NCBI GenBank assembly: GCA_041389085.1 | Contig: JAWKSL010000002.1 | Location: forward strand, 14,556-78,555 | Origin: Minisyncoccota bacterium | GTDB taxonomy: Bacteria > Patescibacteriota > Minisyncoccia > UBA6257 > 1-14-0-10-44-23 | DNA: 64,000 bases | Direction: 5' to 3' | Part shown: positions 10,349 through 19,988 of the stretch, in pieces | Position numbering within the stretch: position 1 is the stretch's first letter | Layout: each line of letters opens with the position of its first letter | The notes under the pieces: model-generated | Seen by the model: the letters and a program-made list of their open reading frames with translations, nothing else | Told to the model about the DNA's origin: nothing | Database searches by the model: none | Translations under genes and position numbers: made by a program

Positions 10349-10582
10349 CTAGATATACCAGCTTGGCGGGCTCTTTTCAAGCTTAAAAAGCAATTGAGCC
10401 ACTACTGAGAATAGTGGCTCAAGCTGGTGGCTACCCATGGTACCGATGGGCTTCCTTCTTCTGGTGGGGGAGGTAAGGCGTTGCACTTTTCCCCTGACCT
10501 TCTTGTACCTCTTGCGAGCGTCTTGAATGATTCTTTTCACCTTGTCTTTCTTGCGAGGGCGGCGATTTTTCTTCTGTGCCAT
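10349..10582 (-). CDS. small, highly basic hypothetical protein (Lys/Arg-rich N-terminus)
   Basis: Strong RBS AAGGAGG 4 nt upstream of the ATG; 77 aa; no family recognised. Confidence 0.4.
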   Translation of the reverse strand: MAQKKNRRPRKKDKVKRIIQDARKRYKKVRGKVQRLTSPTRRRKPIGTMGSHQLEPLFSVVAQLLFKLEKSPPSWYI

Positions 10583-10811
10583 CGGGCCTCCTTCTTTTTC
10601 CTTTATCTATTTACTCTTTGTATTTCAAGTTGTGCTATACTGTGAGTGTAATGAGTACAGCAGTTACTTGCGGGATATCGACAATGTAACTTCTAAACAA
10701 TTTGTGGCAGAGGAGGCGCTCATCGCGCCTTTTCTGTTTTTTTGACTACCTTTTTACAAAGTGGTATTCATATTAGGTACTTCAACTAACCCACTTGAAA
10801 GGAGGTGGTTC

Positions 10812-10976
10812 ATGCTTCGCTTCTGCGATGCTTGTTGCACCCCCAAACGGTGGGTGTTAAAGAGACAGTCTGGTCAACAGACTTGTCGGGATTGCTCCGA
10901 GAAGGCAGTAGCGCCCCCTCCGACAGCAATCTGCTGCCGTTGTGGTGAAAACAAGCCAGTTCATCGCCACACCTGA
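10812..10976 (+). CDS. small Cys-rich protein (54 aa; CDACC, CRDC, CCRCGE motifs) that reads into a tandem repeat
   Basis: RBS AAGGAGGTG before the ATG. The ORF terminates inside the first repeat unit, and later units are open in other frames. Confidence 0.35.
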   Translation: MLRFCDACCTPKRWVLKRQSGQQTCRDCSEKAVAPPPTAICCRCGENKPVHRHT

Positions 10977-11370
10977 CAATGACAGTGTCAAAGTGCTACC
11001 AACCCCGACAGCGACCTGTTGCCGTTGCGGCGAACAAGGCGGTTGCACGCCACACGCCTGACGGTCCGGAGTGTCAAAAGTGCTGCCAACCCCCGACAGC
11101 GACCTGTTGCCATTGCGGTGAAAACAAACCGGTTGCACGCCACACGCCTGACGGTCGGGTGCAAAAGTGCTACCAGCGTCCGACAGCGACCTGTTGCCGC
11201 TGTGGTGAGAAAAAGCCGGTTCATCGGCGCACGCCAGACGGACCGGAGTGTGCGAGTGTTGCCGGCTAGACTACCAGCGTCCGACAGCGACCTGTTGCCG
11301 CTGTGGTGAAAAGCCGGTTCATCGGCGCGCATGAACGGCCCGGAGTGCAAAAAGTGCTACCAGCGGCTAA
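10890..11370. repeat. tandem direct repeat of about 5-6 units of 80-81 bp (consensus ccgacagcgacctgttgccgNtgNggNgaaaacaaRccggttSaNcgccacacgcctgacggtccggagtgNcaaaagtgctRccaRc); each unit encodes about 27 aa ..TATCCxCGENKPVxRHTPDGPECQKC..
   Basis: Direct reading of the sequence. The region is GC-rich relative to its flanks. Confidence 0.7.
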
Positions 11371-11385
11371 GGCGCGCGAGTTAGC

Positions 11386-11421
11386 GCACTGGGAAGGTAA
11401 TTCTTGCCAGTGCGTTTTTTT
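11386..11421 (+). terminator. rho-independent terminator (gcactggg...ccagtgc + TTTTTTT) closing the repeat locus
   Basis: 7-bp stem followed by a 7-T run. Confidence 0.55.
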
Positions 11422-11542
11422 ATTGCCGTTTTTTTTGATGATATAATTTTGTTGTGGTGTTGTGCATTCGAAGGGTTATCGTGACGTATACTCATTAAAC
11501 ACAAATTGGCATTGGGTCTATACTACAGTAACCACTTTGAGT

Positions 11543-12608
11543 GCGTAACTATTCGTGTGGTATATAATGAGGCTATATGGACTTCAGAAGAATGTTTCTT
11601 TAGTTGAATATACTTCTTTTTTAAGGTTGGAGGGCGGGCTGAAAACTTTGCTCTTGTTGAAAACTCGCTTGAGCTTGAGCGAGCGCTTTCTTCATATGCA
11701 GGAATGCTCCGATTACGTTTCTTGGGTATGGAACAAACACACTTATTTCTGACAAAGGGATTGAGGGGCTTGTAGTTATTCGCGAGGCGATGTGAAGCGC
11801 GATGGAAACGTGCTTATGGCCGATGCGGGAGTAGAGTGGGGTAGCTTTAGTAAAGACTTCGATTGAATCGAATTTGTGGGGGATGGAGCTTTTGAGCGGT
11901 ATTCCTGGCAGCGTTGGGGCTGCTATTTTTATAAACATTAGCGCTTACGGCCAGAGTGCTTCTGACACGGTGCTTTGGGTAGACGTTTTTGATAGGAGAG
12001 AAGATTGTGCGTCGGATGATTCGCGAGCATTTGCAGTGGGTTATAAGCAGTCTGTTTTTCAAGCGAAAGAAAAGGGGAATGTAATTCTGCGCGCTGCCTT
12101 CGAGCTTTCTCATGAGAACTACACCGCCGAGTATCAAGGGGCTCTCGATGTTGCCGCTGAGCTTTCTTTAGATACGAATAGTCTTGGTTCTCGAAGAAAT
12201 AATCCTTGAGGCGAGAAGCAGAGCAGGCTCTATATTTGAATATGGTAAAAGATGTCGTACCGCTGGCTCCTTTTTTAGAAACCCGCTTGTCACTGCGGAG
12301 CGAAGCAGAAAAGATTATCCAAGCTGACGAGTCGGGGAAGAGCACAGAGGCAATACGGAAAATGAATGCTGTTCATGGAGAGGGAGTGATCTACGCGTTT
12401 CTGCAGCACGTTATGCTTGCTGCTGGCTTTTCCAGGGGGCAGTGTTTGGCCTGTTTGTTTAAATGAAAAGAATTTGTTGAAGATGAGAATAAGGGCGAGG
12501 CTACAGCGCAGCAAATATACGATACGGCAAAGCAGATTGTGGCTACCTGCCAAGAAAAGCAGGGTGACTCTTGAACCTGAGGCTAGCCTTTTGGGTAAGT
12601 TTGACTAG
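11543..12608 (+). pseudogene. murB: UDP-N-acetylenolpyruvoylglucosamine reductase (MurB) reading frame broken by at least 4 frameshifts and in-frame stops
   Basis: MurB segments found in three different frames: NVSLVEYTSFLRLEGG; GTNTLISDKGIEGLVVI; DVKRDGNVLMADAGVEWGSF; VKTSIESNLWGMELLSGIPGSVGAAIFINISAYG; AFAVGYKQSVFQ...NVILRAAFEL; AGSFFRNPLV; VTLEPEASLLGKFD. They are colinear with E. coli MurB. Confidence 0.6.
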
Positions 12609-12687
12609 GAATTGGTAATTTTCCCTTTGGTGGCTCGTCTTGTATAATAGATAGTAAGAGGTCTATTATTCACCAATTTTGAAAACT

Positions 12688-13026
12688 ATGAAGCTAAACA
12701 TAAAGGCTACTGATTTGGAACTAAATGATGCGATGCGAACTTATATCGATGAGAAAATTGCATCGATCTCAAAATGGGTGAAACGCTACGACGGAGGGAA
12801 CGATTTGCTTTTAAACTTAGAGATAGCTCGCACTACTAAGCACCACCACAAGGGCGATGTGTTCTATGCAGAGGCTACCTTGCAGCTTCCTGACCGCGTT
12901 TTAAGGGCTGAGGTGACCGACTCTGATGTGAAGAAGGCACTTTTAAAAGTGCGTAGCATGCTCAAGCGCGATTTGCGTAAATACAAAACTGCGCGTATTT
13001 TCAAGATACGAAGGAAGGGGCGATAA
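12688..13026 (+). CDS. hpf: ribosome hibernation promoting factor / RaiA (S30AE family)
   Basis: MKLNIKATDLELNDAMRTYIDEKI... is typical of HPF. ATG at 12688 is preferred over the upstream TTG. Confidence 0.8.
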   Translation: MKLNIKATDLELNDAMRTYIDEKIASISKWVKRYDGGNDLLLNLEIARTTKHHHKGDVFYAEATLQLPDRVLRAEVTDSDVKKALLKVRSMLKRDLRKYKTARIFKIRRKGR

Positions 13027-13053
13027 AGAAGCCTGCCTTCCAACGGCTAATTT

Positions 13054-15426
13054 ATGTTGAACTTATTTAAGAAGAATTCTGGCTCTGCACAAATTCCGAG
13101 CCAGTTTAAACGATTTGTAGAACGAGTAAATGCACTCGAACCTGAAATATCTGCTCTCTCTGATGAGCAGCTTTTTGCTTCAACAGAAGCTTTCCGAAAG
13201 GAGCTTGCTGAGGGGAAGACTTTAGACAGTATACGAGACAGGGCCTTTGCGGTTGTGCGTGAGGTGGCAAAGCGTAGCCTTTCTCAGCGACACTTCGATG
13301 TGCAGCTTGTTGGAGGCGCGGTACTTGCTGATGGCGCTATCGCTGAAATGCGTACCGGAGAAGGAAAGACTTTGATGAGCACCCTGGCTATTTATCTTGC
13401 AGCGCTTGAAGGTAAGGGAGTGCACGTAGTTACGGTAAACGAATACCTGGCAAAGCGTGACACAGCCTGGATGGGCGAGATTTACCAGAAACTTGGGCTG
13501 AGCGTAAGTTGTTTGGTCCACGGAGGGGCTCTCCAGTTTGATCCTGCCTTTAAGGCAAGCGAGCAGGAGCAGCTTGCTATCGATGCGCAGCATGACTTGA
13601 CTGGTAGCTTTAAAATTCAGGAAGACTTTATGAAGCCAGTATCTCGTAAAGAGGCATACAACTGTGACATTACTCACGGCACAAACCATGAGTTTGGCTT
13701 TGACTACCTGCGCGACAACCTTGCAGTGAGTGTTGAAGCTCAAGTGCAGCGCGGTCAGCACTTTGCCGTAATAGACGAGGTAGACAGCATCCTTATCGAC
13801 GAGGCGCGCACGCCACTTATTATTTCTGCTCCAGACACAAAGAGCAGCGATCTATACAAAACATTTTCAAAAGTGGTTTCACGTTTGATTAAAGGAGAAG
13901 ACTACGAAGTAGATGAAAAGCTTCGCGCTGTTTCTATAACCGAGTCTGGAATTGCAAAGGTAGAGAAGGCGCTTGGTATAACCAACCTATATGAAGGACA
14001 GAACCTTACTTTGACTCACTACCTGCAAGAGTCGCTTAAAGCGCACGGAGTGTTTGAGCGCGACCGAGAATATGTAGTTCGCGATGGAGCTATCGTTATT
14101 GTCGACCAGTTTACTGGGCGTATGATGCCAGGGCGCCGATACTCTGGAGGGCTTCACCAGGCTATCGAAGCAAAAGAGGGGGTAGTAGTACAACAGGAAA
14201 GTAAGACATATGCCAGCGTTTCAATTCAGAACTATTTCCGCCTTTATACAAAGATTGCTGGTATGACAGGGACTGCTCAGACAAGCGCTGAAGAGTTTCA
14301 TAAAGTATACGGACTTGAGGTAGTGAGCATTCCAACAAACAAGCCAGTAGCTCGCGACGACAAGGGAGACGCTGTTTACAAGAGCATTGACGCAAAATAT
14401 AAGGCGATTGCTGCTGAGGTAAAGGAGCGAAGCGAAAAGGGGCAGCCGGTGCTTATCGGTACTGTTTCTATCGATAAAAATGAGCAGCTTTCTAGTTACC
14501 TAAGCCGTGCTGGTGTAGTGCACGAAGTTTTGAATGCGAAAAACAATGAAAAAGAAGGAGAAATTGTAGCTCAGGCTGGAAGAAAGGGTGCAGTAACAGT
14601 AGCTACCAATATGGCAGGGCGAGGAGTGGACATTAAGCTTGGAGGAAACCCAGGAACAAAGGAACTTTATGAAGAGGTGAAGGGGCTTGGAGGGCTCCAC
14701 GTTATCGGTACTGAGCGACACGAGAGTAGGCGTATAGACAACCAGCTTCGTGGACGCAGTGGCCGTCAGGGCGACCCAGGATCAAGCCAATTCTTCCTTT
14801 CAATGGAAGACGACCTTATGCGTATCTTCGGTGGTGGGCGTATGCAGTCGCTTATGGAGAAGCTTAACTTGCCAGACGATCAGCCTATTCAGGCTAAGAT
14901 GCTTTCTCGCGCTATAGAAAGTGCACAGACACGCGTAGAGGGGCACCACTTCGATTCTCGTAAACATCTTCTTGAGTACGACGATGTGCTCAACAATCAG
15001 CGCCTTGCTATCTACAAGAAGAGGCAGGAGCTTTTAGAGACTAAGGCTCCACTTCCTGTGCTTGGAACGCTCGACACATTCTGGATGGAGCACCTTGAGC
15101 AAATGGAGGCTTTGCGCGAAAGCGTGCGTCTTCGTGCTGTTGGTCAAAAAGATCCACTTGTTGAATACCGACGTGATGGACAGCAAATGTTCCACCAACT
15201 TGTTGAGGACTTCGACGGTTGGTATGCAGTAAATGCAGACAAATTTAAAAAGGCTGAAGGGGAGGCTCCGGCTGCTGCTATCGAAACTGAAAAGCTCGAA
15301 TTTAAGCATGAAGGCGGTATGCACGGCGGTTCCGAAAAGCCAGCAGATGGTGGCGATAAAGTAGGGCGCAACGATCCATGCCCATGTGGAAGTGGGAAGA
15401 AATATAAGAAGTGTCATGGAGCATAG
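13054..15426 (+). CDS. secA: preprotein translocase ATPase SecA
   Basis: DEAD-like motor motifs, 790 aa and the C-terminal zinc-binding [14 protein letters not shown]. Confidence 0.95.
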   Translation: MLNLFKKNSGSAQIPSQFKRFVERVNALEPEISALSDEQLFASTEAFRKELAEGKTLDSIRDRAFAVVREVAKRSLSQRHFDVQLVGGAVLADGAIAEMRTGEGKTLMSTLAIYLAALEGKGVHVVTVNEYLAKRDTAWMGEIYQKLGLSVSCLVHGGALQFDPAFKASEQEQLAIDAQHDLTGSFKIQEDFMKPVSRKEAYNCDITHGTNHEFGFDYLRDNLAVSVEAQVQRGQHFAVIDEVDSILIDEARTPLIISAPDTKSSDLYKTFSKVVSRLIKGEDYEVDEKLRAVSITESGIAKVEKALGITNLYEGQNLTLTHYLQESLKAHGVFERDREYVVRDGAIVIVDQFTGRMMPGRRYSGGLHQAIEAKEGVVVQQESKTYASVSIQNYFRLYTKIAGMTGTAQTSAEEFHKVYGLEVVSIPTNKPVARDDKGDAVYKSIDAKYKAIAAEVKERSEKGQPVLIGTVSIDKNEQLSSYLSRAGVVHEVLNAKNNEKEGEIVAQAGRKGAVTVATNMAGRGVDIKLGGNPGTKELYEEVKGLGGLHVIGTERHESRRIDNQLRGRSGRQGDPGSSQFFLSMEDDLMRIFGGGRMQSLMEKLNLPDDQPIQAKMLSRAIESAQTRVEGHHFDSRKHLLEYDDVLNNQRLAIYKKRQELLETKAPLPVLGTLDTFWMEHLEQMEALRESVRLRAVGQKDPLVEYRRDGQQMFHQLVEDFDGWYAVNADKFKKAEGEAPAAAIETEKLEFKHEGGMHGGSEKPADGGDKVGRNDPCPCGSGKKYKKCHGA

Positions 15427-15598
15427 CTCTTTGGACATGAAGAAGTTCAAGATCAAAAATAGGTCTGTTGAGAAACTTCACCATTTTCGCTGTCAAGATT
15501 GCAATAAGTGGTGGACGGTAAATGATGCTCCGGCTTCAAAAAAGAGCTGGTTTTGCCCTTGGTGTGGGGCTAATCGTAGCTATAAGGTTGAAAAATAG
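15416..15598 (+). CDS. small zinc-ribbon protein (CxxC..CxxC), hypothetical
   Basis: [11 protein letters not shown]...WFCPWCG. Overlaps the secA stop; the start could alternatively be the ATG near 15437. Confidence 0.4.
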   Translation: MEHSSLDMKKFKIKNRSVEKLHHFRCQDCNKWWTVNDAPASKKSWFCPWCGANRSYKVEK

Positions 15599-15640
15599 GC
15601 CTGTGCTACACTAGCAGTAAGTACAAGTAAGACTACTACT

Positions 15641-16033
15641 ATGGAAATACTATTTCTTATTGGGCGAATAATTTTGGGAGGGTTTTTTATTAAAAATGGT
15701 ATAGACCACTTTGGTAAGTTTGAGAAGAAAGTGGGCTATGCGCGCGTGCGCAACTTGCCGCTTCCGGTGCTTTCAGTAGCTGCCTCAGGGGTAGTTCTTC
15801 TTCTTTCTGGGATTGGCATTGTGCTCGGTGTATATACCTCGCTTGCTATCAGCGCGATGATAGCGCTTCTACTCTTGATTGCATTTCTTCTTCACCCATT
15901 TTGGCGCATGAGCGGAAGTGAGAGAGTAGGTGAATACCACTCATTTATGAACGTTATGGCTATCGTTGGAGCACTCCTCATGGTGCTTTACATGAGTGCT
16001 GGGCTTTACTGGCCATACGTAGTTAACCTCTAG
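15641..16033 (+). CDS. DoxX family membrane protein
   Basis: Four-TM small protein whose N-terminus RIILGGFFIKNGIDHF is DoxX-like. Confidence 0.65.
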   Translation: MEILFLIGRIILGGFFIKNGIDHFGKFEKKVGYARVRNLPLPVLSVAASGVVLLLSGIGIVLGVYTSLAISAMIALLLLIAFLLHPFWRMSGSERVGEYHSFMNVMAIVGALLMVLYMSAGLYWPYVVNL

Positions 16034-16037
16034 GTCT

Positions 16038-16247
16038 ATGGAGCGAACACGAGTAAAATCTTCAGACATCGCCAGCGTTGGCTACGACAAGGAAGCGCGC
16101 ATTCTTGAAGTTGAGTTTGTGCGTGGAAGCGTATACCAGTATGTAAATGTTGGTGAAAATGTTTACAACGAACTTATGGGTGCTGACTCTGCTGGCAACT
16201 ACTTCAATACCCACATCCGCGACCAGTATCAGAATACGAAAGTATAA
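16038..16247 (+). CDS. KTSC domain protein
   Basis: SSDIASVGYDKEARILEVEFVRGSVYQYVNV..YNELMGADSAGNYFNTHIRDQY matches the KTSC fold signature. Confidence 0.65.
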   Translation: MERTRVKSSDIASVGYDKEARILEVEFVRGSVYQYVNVGENVYNELMGADSAGNYFNTHIRDQYQNTKV

Positions 16248-16723
16248 TGAGTCCAGGACTTTACTACAGCAGGCCGCGAAAGCTCGTAGGTGTTTCTGTT
16301 ATTTTCCGAAATGGCAAAGGGGATTTTTTGATTGCAAAGCCGACATACCGAGAGGATTGGCTTTTTATTGGTGGGATTGTTGATGAAGAAGAGTCGCCCT
16401 TTGCAGCTGCTCTGCGGGAAGTAAAAGAGGAGATAGGGCTCGAATTCTCTTCACTTCCTTTGCTTTCAATTTGCCACGCCTCTGGCGATGAGCTTGTGCC
16501 TGACCACCTAAAGTTTTCTTTTGATGGAGGAGTGCTTACCGATGAGCAGATAAACTCAATCGTCTTACAAGAGAGTGAGCTTTCGGAGTATAAGTTTTTG
16601 CCGCTTGAGAAACTTGAGGGCTTAGTTACTCAAAGAAGTTTTGAGGTTGCTCAGCTTGCTCTCAAGAGCCAAGAAACTGGCAAGGCTTATTTTCTTGATT
16701 CGAGTGGAGTTGTGGAAATTTAA
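16247..16723 (+). CDS. NUDIX hydrolase
   Basis: Nudix box GGIVDEEESPFAAALREVKEEIGLE. Confidence 0.8.
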   Translation: MSPGLYYSRPRKLVGVSVIFRNGKGDFLIAKPTYREDWLFIGGIVDEEESPFAAALREVKEEIGLEFSSLPLLSICHASGDELVPDHLKFSFDGGVLTDEQINSIVLQESELSEYKFLPLEKLEGLVTQRSFEVAQLALKSQETGKAYFLDSSGVVEI

Positions 16724-16730
16724 ATAAAAC

Positions 16731-16756
16731 AAAAAAGGCCCTTAGGGCCTTTTTTG
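16731..16756. terminator. bidirectional terminator aaaaaaggcccttagggcctttttt
   Basis: Perfect hairpin flanked by an A-run and a T-run between convergent genes. Confidence 0.6.
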
Positions 16757-16765
16757 TTTTGTAAG

Positions 16766-17035
16766 CTATTCAGCTTGGGTGGTAGTCTCTGCTCCTTCGT
16801 CTGCTGGAAGGGTAAGGTCGATGTTTACATCGCTCTCTTCTTCCATCATTGTTTCGTCTTCCTCCATGGCTTCATCTTTGTCGCCGCTGAAGTAGAAGTA
16901 GAGTCCACCTACTACAAGGATCAGAATAAGGATTACCATCCACATCTTTCCCTTTCCACCTTCGTGGTGCATATCTCCGTTCATTGGAGTCTGCTGTGGG
17001 GCTTGCTGTGGAGCCTGTTGGTTTTGATCTTCCAT
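16766..17035 (-). CDS. small single-TM protein with Gln/Pro-rich N-terminus and acidic C-terminus, hypothetical
   Basis: ORF with a central hydrophobic helix; no recognised family. Confidence 0.4.
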   Translation of the reverse strand: MEDQNQQAPQQAPQQTPMNGDMHHEGGKGKMWMVILILILVVGGLYFYFSGDKDEAMEEDETMMEEESDVNIDLTLPADEGAETTTQAE

Positions 17036-17070
17036 AGGTTTGTCTTATTTGTAATGCCTTTATTCTAGCA

Positions 17071-17559
17071 CTATTGGCTTAAAGGCGCGACCGTTGTTCT
17101 CAGGGTTTGAGTCCCTGCTTGAGCAGGGTCTGGAGTGTCTTTTGAAAGGGTTATTTCTATCTCTACGGCATATATAGAGCCCTGACTTAACTCATTGAAG
17201 TTTAGGCTGTCTACTATAGTTTCTTCGCTATGGATACGCTCGGGTGTTTCCTCGCTATCCTTGCGAGTTAGCACGCCGTTGGTAAGCAGGTAGCCTACAT
17301 CAGTGTTTATTCCTGTGATGGTGAGTGAGCTTGTACCGACGTTGATACTGCTTGCCTGACGAATGTCGGTTTTAAGTGAGTTCATAATAAAGAGGAGCTC
17401 TCTATTTACTTCGGTGCTGGCTCTTTGCTGGCTCTCTACGCGGACTATAGTCATCAGTACGGCAGCAAGGAGGCCAAGGAGTACAACGAAGATGCCGAGG
17501 TATACAATGAGCTCTATGAGGGTGAGCCCGGCGGTCTTTGAAAGGCGGTTTTTAGCCAT
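17071..17559 (-). CDS. prepilin-type N-terminal cleavage/methylation domain protein (type IV pilin / pseudopilin)
   Basis: N-terminus MAKNRLSKTAGLTLIELIVYLGIFVV carries the class III signal with the conserved Glu. Confidence 0.75.
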   Translation of the reverse strand: MAKNRLSKTAGLTLIELIVYLGIFVVLLGLLAAVLMTIVRVESQQRASTEVNRELLFIMNSLKTDIRQASSINVGTSSLTITGINTDVGYLLTNGVLTRKDSEETPERIHSEETIVDSLNFNELSQGSIYAVEIEITLSKDTPDPAQAGTQTLRTTVAPLSQ

Positions 17560-17675
17560 ATTCTATATTGTAGCAAAGAGTCTGGACAAAATTGGCATAT
17601 CTTGTATACTTGTGGGCAAGTCAATATTTGGGCTAGTCAGATAGGCATCTGGCTAGGCTCTATTTTATTCAAAAC

Positions 17676-18377
17676 ATGACAACAGAAACAAAGAACAGTG
17701 TGAAAGTAGACGAAGTGCTTCTGGAGCAAATGGCTCAGGAAGGGCTCGTTTTTGGTCGTCGTAAGGCTCGTACCAACCCAAAGATGAAGGGATACATCTT
17801 CGCAACTCGCGCTGGATTCGAATTTTTCGATCTTGAAAAGACCGCTACAAAGCTTGAAGAGGCAAAGACTTTCCTCGCTTCTGTAGCAAAGACTGGCAAA
17901 CCAATCCTTTTCGTAGGAAGCACTCCAGCTGCTGCGGCTGCTGTAAAGGCTACTGCTGAAAAGTTTAAGGCTCCATTTGTAGTTCACCGATGGCTTGGAG
18001 GAACTCTTACCAACTTCGACACTATTCAGACTCGTCTTAAGTACTACCTAACGCTTAAGGCTGACAAAGCTTCAGGGCGTCTTGATAAGTACACTAAAAA
18101 GGAGCGAACTCAGTTTGATAAGGAGCTTGAGAGACTTTCAACTCTCTTTGGAGGCCTTGAAGGACTTAACTCAATGCCAGGAGCTGTTGTAGTAATGAAC
18201 GCAAAGGCTCACGACATCGCAGTAAAGGAAGCTGTCATCGCAGGAGTTCCTGTAGTAGCTTTGGTAAACACCGACACCAACCCAGCTGGAATTGATTACG
18301 TAATTCCAGGAAACGACAACTCAGTTGCAAGTATTGGTTGGGTAATGAAGCAGCTTGAAGGAGCTATTAGTAAGTAA
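17676..18377 (+). CDS. rpsB: 30S ribosomal protein S2
   Basis: FGRRKARTNPKMKGYIFATRAGFEFFDLEKT and VPVVALVNTDTNP. Confidence 0.9.
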   Translation: MTTETKNSVKVDEVLLEQMAQEGLVFGRRKARTNPKMKGYIFATRAGFEFFDLEKTATKLEEAKTFLASVAKTGKPILFVGSTPAAAAAVKATAEKFKAPFVVHRWLGGTLTNFDTIQTRLKYYLTLKADKASGRLDKYTKKERTQFDKELERLSTLFGGLEGLNSMPGAVVVMNAKAHDIAVKEAVIAGVPVVALVNTDTNPAGIDYVIPGNDNSVASIGWVMKQLEGAISK

Positions 18378-18486
18378 GTTTAGAGAAGATAAATTTGAAT
18401 CGTCGCTAAAGCGACGTACCCGTTTATGAGATGATTTTCATCTCATAAACCTAAAGGTTCATAAACGAAAATCATACAAACGAGCA

Positions 18487-18936
18487 ATGTCAGCATCAGC
18501 ACAAGACGTAGCAAAGCTACGAGAGCAAACTGGAGCAGGAATCATGGTTTGTAAAGAAGCGCTTTCTGAGGCAGGAGGTGACTTTGATAAAGCACTTGAA
18601 ATAATTAAGGCAAAGGGAATAGCGAAGGCAGATAAGAAGAGCGACCGCGAAGCGGGAGCTGGATATCTTGAAAGCTACATTCACCAAGGACGAGTAGGTG
18701 TTCTTTTGCAGGTAAATGCTGAAACTGACTTTGTAATCAGAAACCAAGACTTCCAGGACATGGCGAAGAACCTTACTCTTCACATCAGCGCTATGCTTCC
18801 TGAAACTGTTGAAGACCTTTTGGCGCAGCAGTATGTAAAAGACCCAAGTCTGACCGTACAAGAGTACGTAAAGAGCGTGATCGCAAAGGTGGGGGAGAAC
18901 ATAACTATCGTAAAGTTCACCCACTACAGCGTGTAG
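18487..18936 (+). CDS. tsf: elongation factor Ts, short form
   Basis: N-terminal UBA-like VAKLREQTGAGIMVCKEAL and the GVLLQVNAETDFV block; 149 aa. Confidence 0.85.
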   Translation: MSASAQDVAKLREQTGAGIMVCKEALSEAGGDFDKALEIIKAKGIAKADKKSDREAGAGYLESYIHQGRVGVLLQVNAETDFVIRNQDFQDMAKNLTLHISAMLPETVEDLLAQQYVKDPSLTVQEYVKSVIAKVGENITIVKFTHYSV

Positions 18937-18948
18937 CGCCTGCTATTT

Positions 18949-19308
18949 GTGAGTATAAATCTTATTCTTGAACTCATACTCCTTATCACTGGAGTAGCTT
19001 CTATACTTATAATTGTTCGGGCATTGCCTCGCACTTCTGAGCTTACCTCTGAAGAGCTTGCTCGATACGCTTTGAGGCCTCGCCTTAAAAAGCTCTGGGC
19101 CTGGACATTAAGCATTTCGCACGATATTTCTACGAGTGCATACAAATACTTTATGCGCGTTGTGGCCTACTTTTCAAAGCACACCCACCGCATAAGTACA
19201 TACTCTATTGCTCGTGTAGAAAAGATGAAAAGCGATAAGCGCGAAGCTATAGCGAGCGAAAAGGAGAAAGAGGAAAGTTCTGAGGTAGCCCTTGAAGATA
19301 GGGGGTAG
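18949..19308 (+). CDS. hypothetical protein with an N-terminal TM helix
   Basis: ORF only. Confidence 0.35.
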   Translation: MSINLILELILLITGVASILIIVRALPRTSELTSEELARYALRPRLKKLWAWTLSISHDISTSAYKYFMRVVAYFSKHTHRISTYSIARVEKMKSDKREAIASEKEKEESSEVALEDRG

Positions 19309-19417
19309 TTGATATACTATTTGCCATATATCTAAATGCGTAGGTAGCGCAACGTGTTCGAACGGGCTGCCAGCGAGAGTCCTTTGAACTGAATTTGCTC
19401 CTTGTACAAAACAAAAT

Positions 19418-19501
19418 GCGTAGGTACCGAAGTGGTCAAACGGGACTGGCTGTAGACCAGTTGGCTTTATGCCTTCGGGGGTTCGAATCCCTCCCTGCGC
19501 A
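19418..19501 (+). tRNA. tRNA-Tyr (anticodon GTA), type II with long variable arm
   Basis: Manual fold: acceptor GCGTAGG/CCTGCGC, 3-bp D stem, anticodon stem ACTGG/CCAGT with loop CTGTAGA, T arm GGGGGTTCGAATCCCTC. CCA not encoded. Confidence 0.85.
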
Positions 19502-19633
19502 CTGCTTCGCAAAATAAATAGCAACTCTTGAAAGAGTTGCTATTTATTTTAGCTTCGCAGTGCTTTGCACAAGAGCGTCGCGAACAGTGTACTGCGTAGC
19601 CTTGGCGAAGCAGTAGTCTGTTAAAGTAGTTGT

Positions 19634-19876
19634 ATGTACTATGTTTACATTATCGAAAGCCTAAAAGATCAGACTCGATACGTCGGTCATACATCTCATA
19701 CACCCAGCAAGAGACTTGATGAGCATAATCGTGGCTTAAATGCTTACACTAAGGCTCGTGCTCCTTACAAAATTGTTTGGTATGGTGCTTTTTTAGAGAA
19801 ACAAAAAGCTAAGGCTTTCGAAGAGTACTTAAAGCATGGCTCTGGCCATGCTTTTGCGAAGAAGAGACTTGTATAG
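19634..19876 (+). CDS. GIY-YIG nuclease superfamily protein (stand-alone domain)
   Basis: MYYVYIIESLKDQTRYVGHTSHTPSKRLDEHN is the canonical GIY..YIG..R..EH signature. Confidence 0.7.
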   Translation: MYYVYIIESLKDQTRYVGHTSHTPSKRLDEHNRGLNAYTKARAPYKIVWYGAFLEKQKAKAFEEYLKHGSGHAFAKKRLV

Positions 19877-19988
19877 GTAAATCCCTACCTACCGGCAGGC
19901 CTCCTTCTGCGCACTATAAAAATGAAAGTGACCCACGACGATCTCCAGAACACCTGGAGTTTTTCTCGTCGCGGGTCGTGCCCCAACC

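Noticed and set aside
10111-10408. ORFs 10111..10380 (-) and 10220..10408 (+) in the GC-rich 10200..10340 segment
   Set aside because: This region is better explained as stacked terminator/stem structures (gcgcctgag…ctcaggcgc + T-run) after lepA. The translations are Arg-rich shadows.
10761-11350. Alternative genetic code (UGA read through) as explanation for ORFs that stop at TGA inside the Cys-rich repeat
   Set aside because: Several well-conserved genes (both DnaJ-ZnF paralogs and others) clearly terminate at TGA at the expected C-terminus, so translation table 11 applies.
10890-11370. CRISPR array
   Set aside because: Units are about 81 bp, near-identical and contiguous, with no unique spacers. 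No cas genes are present in the window.
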